DNA of 61,978 nucleotides, counting the filler. It is 9 parts of 9 records of this genome, joined end to end, with 100 filler letters (N's around TTAATTAATTAA, not from the genome) between each part and the next. Parts side by side here need not be neighbours in the genome. Positions count along the whole stretch, not along the records: positions 49,776 to 56,640 come from SRR31156797_46736; positions 56,741 to 61,978 come from SRR31156797_46749; 7 more parts are not named here. The stretch is one strand, 5' to 3'. Position 1 is the first letter of the stretch, and each line of letters opens with the position of its first letter. The position numbers were made by a program, and so were the translations under genes. The notes below the pieces were generated by a model. It was given only the letters and a program-made list of their open reading frames with translations. It ran no database searches and was not told where the DNA came from. Positions 49,964-60,600 of the stretch are shown here, one piece after another.

Positions 49964-50881
49964 TTACTCTACTAATTGGACTTTCATCCCACCAGGAGCC
50001 ACTGTTAATTTGAGGCCTTTCTGGCTAGATCTAAGCTGCATTACAACATTGTTTTTGTTACTCATCGCAGATGAAGACCCACCGCCTACTATTGTGATTC
50101 CTGCCTCCCCTGTAATGAAAGTTCCATTCAAATCTTTTGCCTCAACAAGATTAAAAACCTTACCCGTTGCACTTATTTTAGACATACCAAGATCAACTAC
50201 GGACAGACCATTTACCTTAAACTTGTGAGTAGTACCATCGTGCATGGTCATAACACCATTCCCCCAGGTGACACCGACCCCAAGTGCTACAGAGGTGCTC
50301 TCCAGAGTTACGGTTCCGGACACCTTTGGCGCCGGCACCAAATTGATGGCGTAAGACTCAATATAAAGGGCCTCTACCTTTTGATCAACTTTGATTTTGG
50401 AGATATCGACGTCTTCAGACACCTCAAGTGCGAGCGTGTGTTTAACACCTTCGAGTACCACAGTGCGTTTTTGGGTGTCAACAGCCTTCACGACGCCGAC
50501 AGCCGCTATCGCTTTAGAGACCCTCACGCCAGGTTTTTCTCCTTTTTTGGCCCGATCTACGCTCACGGCATCCACGCGGTCCTTAACGCCGCTTCCCTCA
50601 GGACCTAAACCAATAGCGAATCCATGATAATACGATGCCATAATCTGGTCTCCGCGTTTGATCTGGTCAAAATTTCGTACCTCAGGACCGGCAGTAATTG
50701 TCGAATAATCTCCTTCAGGGCCGACAAGGTTGATAATCCTGGTTTTTTCATCAACGCTCACAACGGTAGCAACCATAACAGCGGCGCCATCAGCCACAAC
50801 AAAAGGCTCTGCGGCATAAGCCGTAAAAGTCGATATCATGACAGCTACCAACGACACTACGATCAAAAGCATTTTCTTCAT
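49964..50881 (-). CDS. Secreted protein: two tandem beta-rich repeats plus DUF1134/EipA-like C-terminal domain
   Basis: Signal peptide AYA; repeats V..VD...R...L.G.../...IK.GD.V; C-terminus SVALGVGVTWGNG...GLSVVDLG...G.VFNL. Confidence 0.65.
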   Translation of the reverse strand: MKKMLLIVVSLVAVMISTFTAYAAEPFVVADGAAVMVATVVSVDEKTRIINLVGPEGDYSTITAGPEVRNFDQIKRGDQIMASYYHGFAIGLGPEGSGVKDRVDAVSVDRAKKGEKPGVRVSKAIAAVGVVKAVDTQKRTVVLEGVKHTLALEVSEDVDISKIKVDQKVEALYIESYAINLVPAPKVSGTVTLESTSVALGVGVTWGNGVMTMHDGTTHKFKVNGLSVVDLGMSKISATGKVFNLVEAKDLNGTFITGEAGITIVGGGSSSAMSNKNNVVMQLRSSQKGLKLTVAPGGMKVQLVE

Positions 50882-51136
50882 TTTAATCTCCTAAATTTGT
50901 TATACATAGTCAACATTAGCCCCACAGTGCTTTTTCCATTATCCATCTCTGTGAAGCTGTTACATGAAACACACTTGACTCACCATTGTCTTAATGGGAC
51001 ATCATTGTGTTTCGTTTTGCCCAACTTTAACATAGCTATCTGTGGTATGCATATTTGATGCCAGATAGCCGATCAATAGATTGACTGCCAAAGATTTTCC
51101 CCGCTTATATTAACCTGTAGTTAATGCTCAATGCAC

Positions 51137-51640
51137 TCAATCCGGATCCCTTTTAGAAGGGGTAACTTCACTCAAATCCTTCCCCAAAGGGGGATCCTTA
51201 TCAAGAACCCCCTGTTGTTTAAAATAAAACTCTTGAACCGCAGCGATAACGATGGCCGTGGTCCAACCGAACATGATGATGCCGATAGCAGCTTCAAAGG
51301 ATGCCAGCAATCGCCAATTGGGATCCAGCACAATCTCGCCATAGCCAAGGGTAGTAAAAGTAACCATGGAAAAATAAATGGCCGGTTCAAATGAACTGAA
51401 GGCACCCAGCATTAAATAGGCACCAGCCCAGAGGGCAACTTCAGCCAGAGCGACGATAAACATCAGTAATATAATGCCGCTAATACGAAACCAGGGGATG
51501 TAAATGGGATTGAAATACCGATTCATTACCTGTCGATCAAGTTTGATACGGGAAATGCGCACAGCAATAATCATACCCCCGGCATGAAAACCGGTGGTCA
51601 GTATGATAAGAGCGGTTATGATTAATGCATTAACTATCAT
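51137..51640 (-). CDS. Potassium channel family protein (Ion_trans_2-like)
   Basis: AIYFSMVTFTTLGYGEIV pore/selectivity filter; start uncertain. Confidence 0.85.
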   Translation of the reverse strand: MIVNALIITALIILTTGFHAGGMIIAVRISRIKLDRQVMNRYFNPIYIPWFRISGIILLMFIVALAEVALWAGAYLMLGAFSSFEPAIYFSMVTFTTLGYGEIVLDPNWRLLASFEAAIGIIMFGWTTAIVIAAVQEFYFKQQGVLDKDPPLGKDLSEVTPSKRDPD

Positions 51641-51685
51641 TTTTCGATTCCTTGACAGCACCTGGCAGTTGAGCTAATGCCCGGG

Positions 51686-54600
51686 TCACTTGGGTGATAC
51701 AATCCGGTAAAGTGTTGCATATAATGTCGGAACCAGAACGACGGTCAAGACCGTCCCAAACAGGAGGCCGAACATCATCACCAGGGCCATGGAGACCCAA
51801 AATGCATCCTGAATCAACGGTGCGACGCCGAGGATCGTGGTTGCCGCGCCCAGCACTACCGGTCGAACCCGGGATAAACCCGCAGCCACTGTAGCATCGT
51901 ATGGTACCATTCCCTGTTTCTTATTTGCCTCGATTTCATCCAGGAGTACGATGGAGTTTTTAATCATCAGCCCCACCAAGCTCATGGCGCCCAGAAGTGA
52001 CATGAACCCGAAGGGGGTCTGGGTGGGCAACAGAATCGCCGTAATACCGATCAGGGCAAATGGTACGGTCAGCCCCATGATCAGAGGCGGCCGAATGGCA
52101 TTAAACAGGGTAACGATGATCAGGGTCATGATCACCATGGACGGGATCAAGCCCGGTATCAGTGATAATTGGGCACGTATGGTACTGTCGTATTCACCAT
52201 CCCATTTCAGGTCATATCCCGGAGGCAGATCAATCCCATTAAACTGGTCAAGAACACTGGCTCTCAAGGCGGGATAGGTGACACCGTCCGGCGTCGCCTG
52301 GACAGCGATCTGCCGCCGCCGGTTGAAACGCGTGATCATGGGATCTTCCCATTCCAGTCGGATCTCTTTGGTGACCTGCCCCAGGGGAACGCTTTCCATG
52401 GCAAAGGAGGGCACCACCTGAACCAGATCCAGCTCAGATACATTCTGCCTTTTGTCCTTTTCAGCATCCCGGACAATGATGGGCAGCATGTTGTCTTCTT
52501 CGCGGTAGAGGCCGACAGGGGTGCCGTCAAAGGCACGCCGGGTTGCTTCGGCGACGTCGGCCCGGGATACGGCAGCCCATCGGCCGCGTTCCTGATCATA
52601 ATCCACCACCACCTTTTGCACACGCTGGCGCATATCGGTCCTCACATGCTTGGCCAAAGGACTTTTTCTCAAAATATCCATGCCCTCCTCGCCCAGCCGC
52701 CGCAAGGTGTCCAGATTGGCATTGGCAGGGCCGCCGATCCGTAATTCAAAGGGCCATGTATCACCGGGTCCTACCGTATACTTGCGGACCCGTGTTAAGA
52801 TTTGCGGATAATTTTCATTGAGCCAAGGTTCGTATTCAGAGACCAGTGGGTTCACTTCGGCAAATGTCGGGGTGTTTACAATCAACTGGGCAAAGGAGGA
52901 ATAGGGAAATTCCGGATCCACGGGCAGGTAGAACCTGGGCCCGCCAGACCCCATAAAAGTTCCCACATTCTTGACCCTGGAATCAGCAACCAATCTCGCT
53001 TCTATGGCTTTGATATCCTTTGACACCTGCTGGAGGGGGGTTCCCTGGGGAGCCCAATAGTCGATCATGAACTGGGCCCGGGTGGAGTCCGGAAAAAACT
53101 GCTGGGGTACCTTTGTGAAGCCGTATGCTGAAATACCAAGAATCACCAGCAGTGATATAATGGTCATGGCCCGCTGTCGGATGGCGCCTTCAAGGATGCG
53201 GCGGTAGACGCGGAAAAAACCAGTGTCATAGGGATCACTGTTATCCTGTGTTTCGGGCGGCTTGAGCAGTGATATACAGTTCATCGGCGTCATGGTCAAT
53301 GCAATGAGCCAACTTAAGATCAAGGAAATTCCAACCACGATAAAAAGGGTTCGGCCGTATTCTCCGGCATCGGCCTTGGCAGCGACCACCGGATAAAACG
53401 CCATCACCGCAACAATAGTGGCACCGAGAAGGGCCATTCCAGGGGTGGCGGCGCTGTCAACGGCCGCTTCCTTTGGTTTCATTCCTTTTTTAAGACGCAC
53501 TACAAAATTATCCGCCACCACAATGGCATTGTCCACCATCATGCCCAAGGCAACCACCAGGGCCCCCAAAGAAACCCGCTGCAGATTGATGTCCATCATC
53601 TTCATGATCATGAATGTACCCAGGATAGTAACAATGAGCGACCAGCCGATCACAAGGCCCATGCGCCACCCCATGGCCAGGGTCAGAACCACCAGCACGA
53701 TCAATACGGCTTCAACCAGATTGATGACAAAACCACCGATAGATTCGGCCACAAGATCAGACTGCCAGGTAAATTTGTTGACCTCAATACCAGCCGGTAT
53801 CTGGGGCCGCAGGTCTTCAAGCCGTCTGTCCAAGGCCTTTCCGGTTTCAAGAATATTTCCCCCGGCCACGTTGGCCAACTGGATGGCAAGGGCTTTTTTT
53901 CCCTGAAACCGCATCATCTGGACAGGAGGGTCCAGATATCCCACCCGGACCGTGGCAACATCCTTGATCCGGATTAATTCGTTGGCCTTGATATCACTTG
54001 CGCTACCGCCCAGGGCAGATCCGGTGGGGACCATATCACCCACGCTTCGGGAAACATAATCCGAGGAACGAACCGCCGTCACGGCTATATCCGACAGAGA
54101 CCTGCGAATCGCCAGGTCACCTATTTCCTCAGGGCTCTTGAACTCTCCACCGGTCTCTATTCTCAGTCTCAGGCTGTCGACTTCAAGATTACCGCCGCTG
54201 ACGACCATATTTTGGAGTGCCAGGGTTCCCAGCACATCTTCTTTGGTGATTTTCAATGTGGCCAGCTGGGCTTCGGAAATATCGACATAAACAACCCGGG
54301 GCTGAACACCCCATAAATCAACCCGTGAAACCCCCGGAACCAGGCTCAATTCTTTCTGGATGGCTTTGACATATTTCTCCATTTCCGCATAAGAATACCC
54401 TTCACCGGTCACAGCCAGAACAAAGCCGAAAACAAAACTGAAATCATCCATAATTTCCGATTCCATGACCCCCGGCGGCAAATGGGATTTGATGTCATTA
54501 ACCTTTCGGCGCATTTCATCCCAAACCTGGGGAAGTTTTTCGGCTGTGTTGTTCTGTTTCATATCAACTTTGATGATGGAAAGCCCTGCTCTGGAGAAGG

Positions 54601-54844
54601 AATACATGGTATCGAGCTGGGGCATCTCCTGGATGGCTTTTTCGATGGGATCGGTCACTTCGAGCTCTACCTCTCCAGGCGAGGCGCCGGGATATGCGGT
54701 CATGATCACCGCCGTTTTGACGGAAAAGTCGGGATCCTCTAACCGGCCCATTGTGAAGTAGCTGAACAGCCCCCCTATTACAACCAGGCCAACAATGAAA
54801 TTGACGAGTGTGGGTTTATCCAGGGCCAATCGGGTCAGGTTCAT
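51686..54844 (-). CDS. RND efflux permease
   Basis: RLEDPDF, YPGASPGEVE, GMMVDNAIVV, IKNSIVL, RVRPV. Confidence 0.95.
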   Translation of the reverse strand: MNLTRLALDKPTLVNFIVGLVVIGGLFSYFTMGRLEDPDFSVKTAVIMTAYPGASPGEVELEVTDPIEKAIQEMPQLDTMYSFSRAGLSIIKVDMKQNNTAEKLPQVWDEMRRKVNDIKSHLPPGVMESEIMDDFSFVFGFVLAVTGEGYSYAEMEKYVKAIQKELSLVPGVSRVDLWGVQPRVVYVDISEAQLATLKITKEDVLGTLALQNMVVSGGNLEVDSLRLRIETGGEFKSPEEIGDLAIRRSLSDIAVTAVRSSDYVSRSVGDMVPTGSALGGSASDIKANELIRIKDVATVRVGYLDPPVQMMRFQGKKALAIQLANVAGGNILETGKALDRRLEDLRPQIPAGIEVNKFTWQSDLVAESIGGFVINLVEAVLIVLVVLTLAMGWRMGLVIGWSLIVTILGTFMIMKMMDINLQRVSLGALVVALGMMVDNAIVVADNFVVRLKKGMKPKEAAVDSAATPGMALLGATIVAVMAFYPVVAAKADAGEYGRTLFIVVGISLILSWLIALTMTPMNCISLLKPPETQDNSDPYDTGFFRVYRRILEGAIRQRAMTIISLLVILGISAYGFTKVPQQFFPDSTRAQFMIDYWAPQGTPLQQVSKDIKAIEARLVADSRVKNVGTFMGSGGPRFYLPVDPEFPYSSFAQLIVNTPTFAEVNPLVSEYEPWLNENYPQILTRVRKYTVGPGDTWPFELRIGGPANANLDTLRRLGEEGMDILRKSPLAKHVRTDMRQRVQKVVVDYDQERGRWAAVSRADVAEATRRAFDGTPVGLYREEDNMLPIIVRDAEKDKRQNVSELDLVQVVPSFAMESVPLGQVTKEIRLEWEDPMITRFNRRRQIAVQATPDGVTYPALRASVLDQFNGIDLPPGYDLKWDGEYDSTIRAQLSLIPGLIPSMVIMTLIIVTLFNAIRPPLIMGLTVPFALIGITAILLPTQTPFGFMSLLGAMSLVGLMIKNSIVLLDEIEANKKQGMVPYDATVAAGLSRVRPVVLGAATTILGVAPLIQDAFWVSMALVMMFGLLFGTVLTVVLVPTLYATLYRIVSPK

Positions 54845-55965
54845 TTGTCATCTCCCTTATTAATGATACGGACCTTCTGCCCCTCTGAGAGGGCATAGAC
54901 ACCGGCTGCCACAATCCATTCACCTGGCTTAAGTCCGGAATTTACAATGATGCCGCTGCCCGAAAGCGCACCGATATCAACTGAGCGCCGGGTGACCTGG
55001 TCATTTTCAATGACCCATACATATGAGTTTTTTGTGTCTGTTCCTGCAAACAGGGCTGATGGCGGAACATGCATTCTTTTTTTCATGGATGCCGGCAGCT
55101 TGGCTGTAATATGAGCTTCACCTGCCATTCCAGGTAGAAGTTTCCCATTTTCAGGCTGAGCCATGGTGATGGTCAAAGGAAAGGTATGAGTTGCCTGACT
55201 GGCTTCTCGACCTATTTCAGAAATCTTAGCGGCAATTTTAATATCAGCAAGTGCATCAAATTGAACCGTAATATCGGTTATGTATTCCACATAACCGATC
55301 AGGTTTTCAGGCACAGAAAGGGTCATTTCAATTCTACTGGGGTTCAGCAGCCTTAGTATAGGCTGTTTGGTCACCACAGTTTCATAATTTTCCACATAAG
55401 TTTCGACAATTTCTCCGTTGAAAGGGGCTTTTAACCAGGTGTAGTTCAAACTGTCCTGCATGGTCTTGGTATTGGCTAAAGCAACCCCAACCGCGGCCCT
55501 TGCCTGATCCATGTTGGCACGCGCTAAATCCACCGCACGCTGACTTACCGCACCCGGGTCTTCCTTCTGGGCTTTGCTCAGACGCCTATAGTCAGCCTGG
55601 GCCCGTTGAAAACCTGCCTGGGCCGCGTTAAGAGATGAACGGGCACTGGTGAGCCGTACATTATAATCCGTTGGATCAATTCGCGCCAGAATGTCTCCTT
55701 TTTTCACCGAATCGCCCGGGTTTACCGAAAGTTTGATCAGGGGACCTGAGACCCTGAAGGATAGATTTACTTCCTGGGCGGCCTGGGCCCTCCCTGGAAA
55801 ACTGCGTTTTGAAAACTCGCCGGGATCAGCTATTTGTAATGCTTTCACCGCCTGGTCGGGCTTAATCTTTGGGGGCTCAGAACAGCCTGTGAAGGAAATA
55901 ACGCCAAGCGTCACAAAAACAGTCAAAGCCAATATGGTGGCGCAATAATCTGATAATCGTTTCAT
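54841..55965 (-). CDS. RND periplasmic adaptor lipoprotein (MFP)
   Basis: FTGC lipobox, LSFRVSG, LKAPFNG, LLPGM. Confidence 0.92.
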   Translation of the reverse strand: MKRLSDYCATILALTVFVTLGVISFTGCSEPPKIKPDQAVKALQIADPGEFSKRSFPGRAQAAQEVNLSFRVSGPLIKLSVNPGDSVKKGDILARIDPTDYNVRLTSARSSLNAAQAGFQRAQADYRRLSKAQKEDPGAVSQRAVDLARANMDQARAAVGVALANTKTMQDSLNYTWLKAPFNGEIVETYVENYETVVTKQPILRLLNPSRIEMTLSVPENLIGYVEYITDITVQFDALADIKIAAKISEIGREASQATHTFPLTITMAQPENGKLLPGMAGEAHITAKLPASMKKRMHVPPSALFAGTDTKNSYVWVIENDQVTRRSVDIGALSGSGIIVNSGLKPGEWIVAAGVYALSEGQKVRIINKGDDK

Positions 55966-56004
55966 AATAAATACCCTCCCACCTAAATTATTATCTATGC
56001 AATA

Positions 56005-56640
56005 TTATTTGTCCGGTTTCCGCCAGCGGCCCCGTTCTGAGTCAACAACAGGCTGTACTGTTTCGGTTTTAAGCAAGTCACCCCAGTTGGTTCTGTTCTG
56101 CATGGTTTCTCTGGTATCTGCAGGGATAAAATCCTTGCCCGTCCTAATCTGCCAGCCCCCCCCAAGGGCGCGGTAAAGGTCAACCAAATGTCTGGCCATT
56201 CTCCCCTTTGCCCCCACCAGCCGGCCCTGTTGAAGCATCAGTGCCCGCTGGGCCGTCAGGACGCGGGTAAAGTCGGCGATCCCGTCTCGATATTGAACCA
56301 GGGCCAGTTCCACGGCACGCTGGGCCATCTGGGTCGACTCGGAAATTAAAATAACCTCTTTTTGAGTCTGCATGAAGCCTGATTGAGCCGTTTCCACTTC
56401 CCTGAGCGCATTGAGCACGACGGTTTCGTAACGGGTTAAGGCCTGTTGGAGACGCGCATCATTTGCCCGAATTCGGTTTTTGATGCGCCCGAAGTTTAAA
56501 ATATTCCACCTGAATCCGGCACCGATAAGACCGCCGAAACTGTCTGAATCGAAAACATCTCCGACATTGTCGGCAGATAACCCGATCGTTCCCCCTAAGC
56601 TAAAAGAAGGATATAGATCAGCCTCGGCAATACCGATACG
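56005..56640 (-). CDS. Outer membrane efflux factor, C-terminal part
   Basis: RIGIAEADLYPSFSL...WNILNFGRI...LYRALGGGW. Confidence 0.9.
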   Translation of the reverse strand, partial: RIGIAEADLYPSFSLGGTIGLSADNVGDVFDSDSFGGLIGAGFRWNILNFGRIKNRIRANDARLQQALTRYETVVLNALREVETAQSGFMQTQKEVILISESTQMAQRAVELALVQYRDGIADFTRVLTAQRALMLQQGRLVGAKGRMARHLVDLYRALGGGWQIRTGKDFIPADTRETMQNRTNWGDLLKTETVQPVVDSERGRWRKPDK

Positions 56641-56742
56641 NNNNNNNNNNNNNNNNNNNNNNNNNNNNNNNNNNNNNNNNNNNNTTAATTAATTAANNNN
56701 NNNNNNNNNNNNNNNNNNNNNNNNNNNNNNNNNNNNNNNNAG

Positions 56743-57045
56743 AGAGAATATGAGATCGCAGGTCTGTTGAGACGTGAGTGGGTGTCAGAGATAGATGAGA
56801 TGGCACACCCTGAAAGAGTGAAGGATATAAAAGCGATCAGGTTTGGGTTTGTAATGATATCAATGAAGGAACGAGTGAAAAAACAGGACTCAGGAGCCGG
56901 CCTTGGGACAACTGTCAACTTCTGTCCATTTGAGGGGATGTGCTATGCGCATAATGATCTTAATAAGACGGCTTATGTTTTTAGAAGACTTATTCATATA
57001 AAGAATTTTGATTTCCTGCAAAGGAATTCAGATATCTCTTACTAG
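56743..57045 (+). CDS. PilW-like minor pilin, C-terminal fragment
   Basis: IKAIRFGFVMIS...FRRLIHIKN resembles PilW C-terminal pattern; directly upstream of pilX and pilY1. Confidence 0.55.
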   Translation, partial: REYEIAGLLRREWVSEIDEMAHPERVKDIKAIRFGFVMISMKERVKKQDSGAGLGTTVNFCPFEGMCYAHNDLNKTAYVFRRLIHIKNFDFLQRNSDISY

Positions 57046-57048
57046 GGG

Positions 57049-57639
57049 GTGCATATGATGATAAAACTTATAAGATCGACTTTCTCAAGCACAAAAGGGG
57101 TTGCTCTTTTTATCAGCGTTCTCATGTCAATGAGCCTTGCTGTAGTTGCAATGGCGTCAATGGCAAGACTTTCAGAGACCACACATCAGACTGGAAAAAC
57201 TTTGCAGGAAAAAAGACTTCTCATGTTTGCTGAATCTGCTGCCAATATAGTTAGTGGCGAGATTGAGCTGAAAATAGCTTCAGATATTGATTTTGCAGAA
57301 ACCCATATGGTTCATGGTCCTGACGGCGAAGAGAGTTTTAAATACTACCCTAGAGATGTATCCATGAATCCGGGAACGACAGGAAGGCCAACTCTTTTTG
57401 GATATAGAGCAAATGCAAGACTTTATGCGGAAGCAGGAAAGACCCCTCCGGGATTACAGACCGGAAATGTTATTCCTGCCGGTGTCGCGTGTTACGATAT
57501 TACTATAGATGTTGTTGAGATCATTCATGCTCCAAGCGGAATTGTTTCTCACGAAGATGAAACAGACACTCCTTCATTTAGATACTATAAAGGTAAAATG
57601 AAGACTGTCGGTGTAATTAGCTGTTTTAAAAAGGGGTAA
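57049..57639 (+). CDS. pilX: PilX-like minor pilin
   Basis: KG/VALFISVL hydrophobic pilin helix without Glu5, LMFAESA motif of PilX N-terminus. Confidence 0.72.
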   Translation: MHMMIKLIRSTFSSTKGVALFISVLMSMSLAVVAMASMARLSETTHQTGKTLQEKRLLMFAESAANIVSGEIELKIASDIDFAETHMVHGPDGEESFKYYPRDVSMNPGTTGRPTLFGYRANARLYAEAGKTPPGLQTGNVIPAGVACYDITIDVVEIIHAPSGIVSHEDETDTPSFRYYKGKMKTVGVISCFKKG

Positions 57640-57643
57640 AGAT

Positions 57644-60600
57644 ATGAAGAAAATGCTATTAAAACTTAAGCAGAAAAGATCAGGTATCGCCTACAGGGTG
57701 ATCTTACCGCTTTTCTTTCTTGTACTTCCGTTGATCCTTTTCGCCAGTCAGCTTGATGAGAGTTTGACTGATGATGTTACGGCTATGATCACGAACGCAA
57801 AGAAATTGGCGCATACTACATTTCTGATCGACACATCTGAAAGTATGAATCAGTTTGCATTTAGTGACTATATCAACACCTGCGGTGATGCAAAAGCGAA
57901 CATCAACCATGCGATCTCTCTTTGTGACAGTGCTTACAGCCAATGTAGGACTGTCGAGCAGAACGCTATGTGTGATGTTAACCTTGGTTGTGGAGATATT
58001 TTAACCAGATGTACTTCCCTAAGAACAACAAGGACATCAATAAATAACTTCTGTACCCAGATTGATAATATCTATACTGAACCTGGAAAAACAACGACAG
58101 TTGCTGACCCTCTTGGCGGTGGAGCAAACGATGCGAGAAAGTTCGTTGGTCCATGGGATCCTAGACGTGCAGACTATCTTTTAGGTCTATGTTTTTACAA
58201 CTGGACTGAAGATACTGGCGGTCAGGTAATGAGCGAGTCCACAACAGGTCACTATACCAATCCTAATGACGGATCCGGATATACGGATAGAAGGGACTGG
58301 GACTGTATGACTGACGGTGTTCAATCTCCTCAACTTAGAGGGGGGCTATGGCTTAATTGGAAATATACAACATCTCTGGATGCAGTAAAGATCATATTTG
58401 CTGATGTGCACCAGTTTGCATATGCTCCAAGAGCAAGAGGAGAAAGAAAGTGTTTTCTTACAGAGTATTTTCCATATAAGGATGATCACATTCTTGGAAA
58501 GATATGTTACAGAGAGTTCGATACTGATCCCGCAGTTCCGGCGACATTGGATAAGATCAAAGCTCAGGTTAGAACAAACTGGACTACTACTAAAGTTCAA
58601 GTGGCGGATGCCAATTGTCCCGGAGTCGATACTTTTGAAATAGAGCCCGGGCCTCCTATAATGAAGACAAGTGTTCCAAATGACATTTTTTCTGTTGATG
58701 CGGACACGGTTCCATGTGATGTTTGTTATGATTATGAAGGAAATGAGGTTAGCTGTGAGGAGTATGCTTCTGTAGCTTCCGTGACAAATGCTATCACGTC
58801 TATCAATGGTACGACCGCAACAGTTGATTATTCATGCTGTGCAAACTTTGAGTGTACAGATCCAAAATGTAGAGACGATGATACTTCATGCCGATCTGAT
58901 GGCGGAGCATGTGTTCTTGGGTATTATAGTGATTTTGATCAGGATCAGAATCACTGTTGCGATATGCTTAGTTGTATAGAGCCGGCGGATCCTGCAGTAT
59001 GTGCTGCAGGTGGTACATTTCTGCCAGGTCCCGGAAACGATTTTACAGTGGCATTTGAAGATACTTTGGGGATGCCTGCACTTGTTGCTCCGGATAAATA
59101 TCATAATGTTACACTTACTGTAAATACTTCAGCTTTATCATTTAATGCGCCGATTGCTAATGTTGATAAAGTTGCAGTAACACTTTTTTACGGATGTAAT
59201 GTAGCGGGACAGCCTGCGATACCATTAGGTTCAAAAACTTACACTTCTGAAGTTGTTGCACCTGGAGATGCTATTGTTTCGACAGCGATTGATCTTACTG
59301 GTTGTGACCAGACAGGATATAAGGTTGGTGGAACTATGCAGATCTTTCACAGCGGGGCAAACTTTTCTGCAGCTGTTGTTACAATGGACCTCGATTTTGC
59401 TGTTAGTTATGAAAGTGGTTCTGATCAGACTATAAAGGTTCTTGATCCTAATGAAAATTACTACAGAGAATATCAGCTTGAGGCTACAGGTGCTGCTTCT
59501 GAGAGAGTTAATGAATATGAGTGTAAGACAACTATGTATCATAAACAGTCAATGGTCGTTAACGGTGGATCTGGAAGTTGTCCTTCGAAGCATCCGTCCT
59601 ATGCTCATTGTGTTTACCCTGATCACATGACAATTGCTCAGGATCAGTGGGGTAGCGCTACGAAAACTGCATGTTCATGGCTGTGTCGTGATGATGCTGT
59701 CTATGATGATGTCTGGAAGTGCAGATCATTCTTTGCTCAGATGGATAATCCAGCCAGAGGTGGATCAGGAACAGCTGGAATCTGTTATGGTGATGACCCG
59801 GCAACTCTTGAGGCTTGTTGTATTCAGATCAATTTGGGAGCGTATCAGTATCTGAACCTTGAGCCACCGGAAAGAGTTGAGTTCTGTGATGCGGGCGGAA
59901 TTAACTGTAGAGACTACAACTGTTCTGTAAGTGGATTTGAGGAAGGTGAAACAAGTGATGGTGACAGAACATTTACCAGTGCTTTTATGGCTGAGGTTAT
60001 TGAAGGTCATATTAAAGAGCTGGGAGATTCTTCCTATAGGCTGAATATCGCAGGCTATACTTCACCATATGAAGATCCTACCAATAAATGGTACACTGAT
60101 GGATCTCTGATTAATAAGAGTAATGGATTCCTGGCAAATAGCTTTGTCAGTGTTTTTGAAACAGGAAAGAATGGAAGCCGGGATACAGCTTGTATCTATG
60201 ACCTTCTTAACAACTTTAACGGTGAAGACTGTATGGATTGTCTTGATCTTGGTTGTTGTAGTATAGATGTCGGTGGTGGATCTAATATGTGTGATTATCC
60301 AAGTTTCTGGATGAAGATCCCTAATACTGAAGGCGGGCAGCTTAAACTGCAGGCTTCAGTATTGACAGGTGCAGAGCTTATTGCATACAAGAATATGATA
60401 AAAGGACTCGAAGCCAGGGGAGGTTCAACTCTTGGTGAGACACTTTTTGATGTGTGGAGATACCTTGGAGGTATGCATTCTATTTATGATCCTGATCATG
60501 ATGATACAGCTGCTGACCCTGCATACACTTCTCCTTTTCAGGGTTCTGATCCAATGTGTTTTAGAAATGAGGCAATAATAGTTTCCGGTGGTCAACCTCA

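Noticed and set aside
5488-56740. Recurring TTAATTAATTAA within N runs as a biological repeat, and any functional link across contigs (e.g. three RND pumps, or the pilin at 20816 with pilY1)
   Set aside because: These are artificial joins; the contigs differ in composition and probable taxonomy, so adjacency means nothing.
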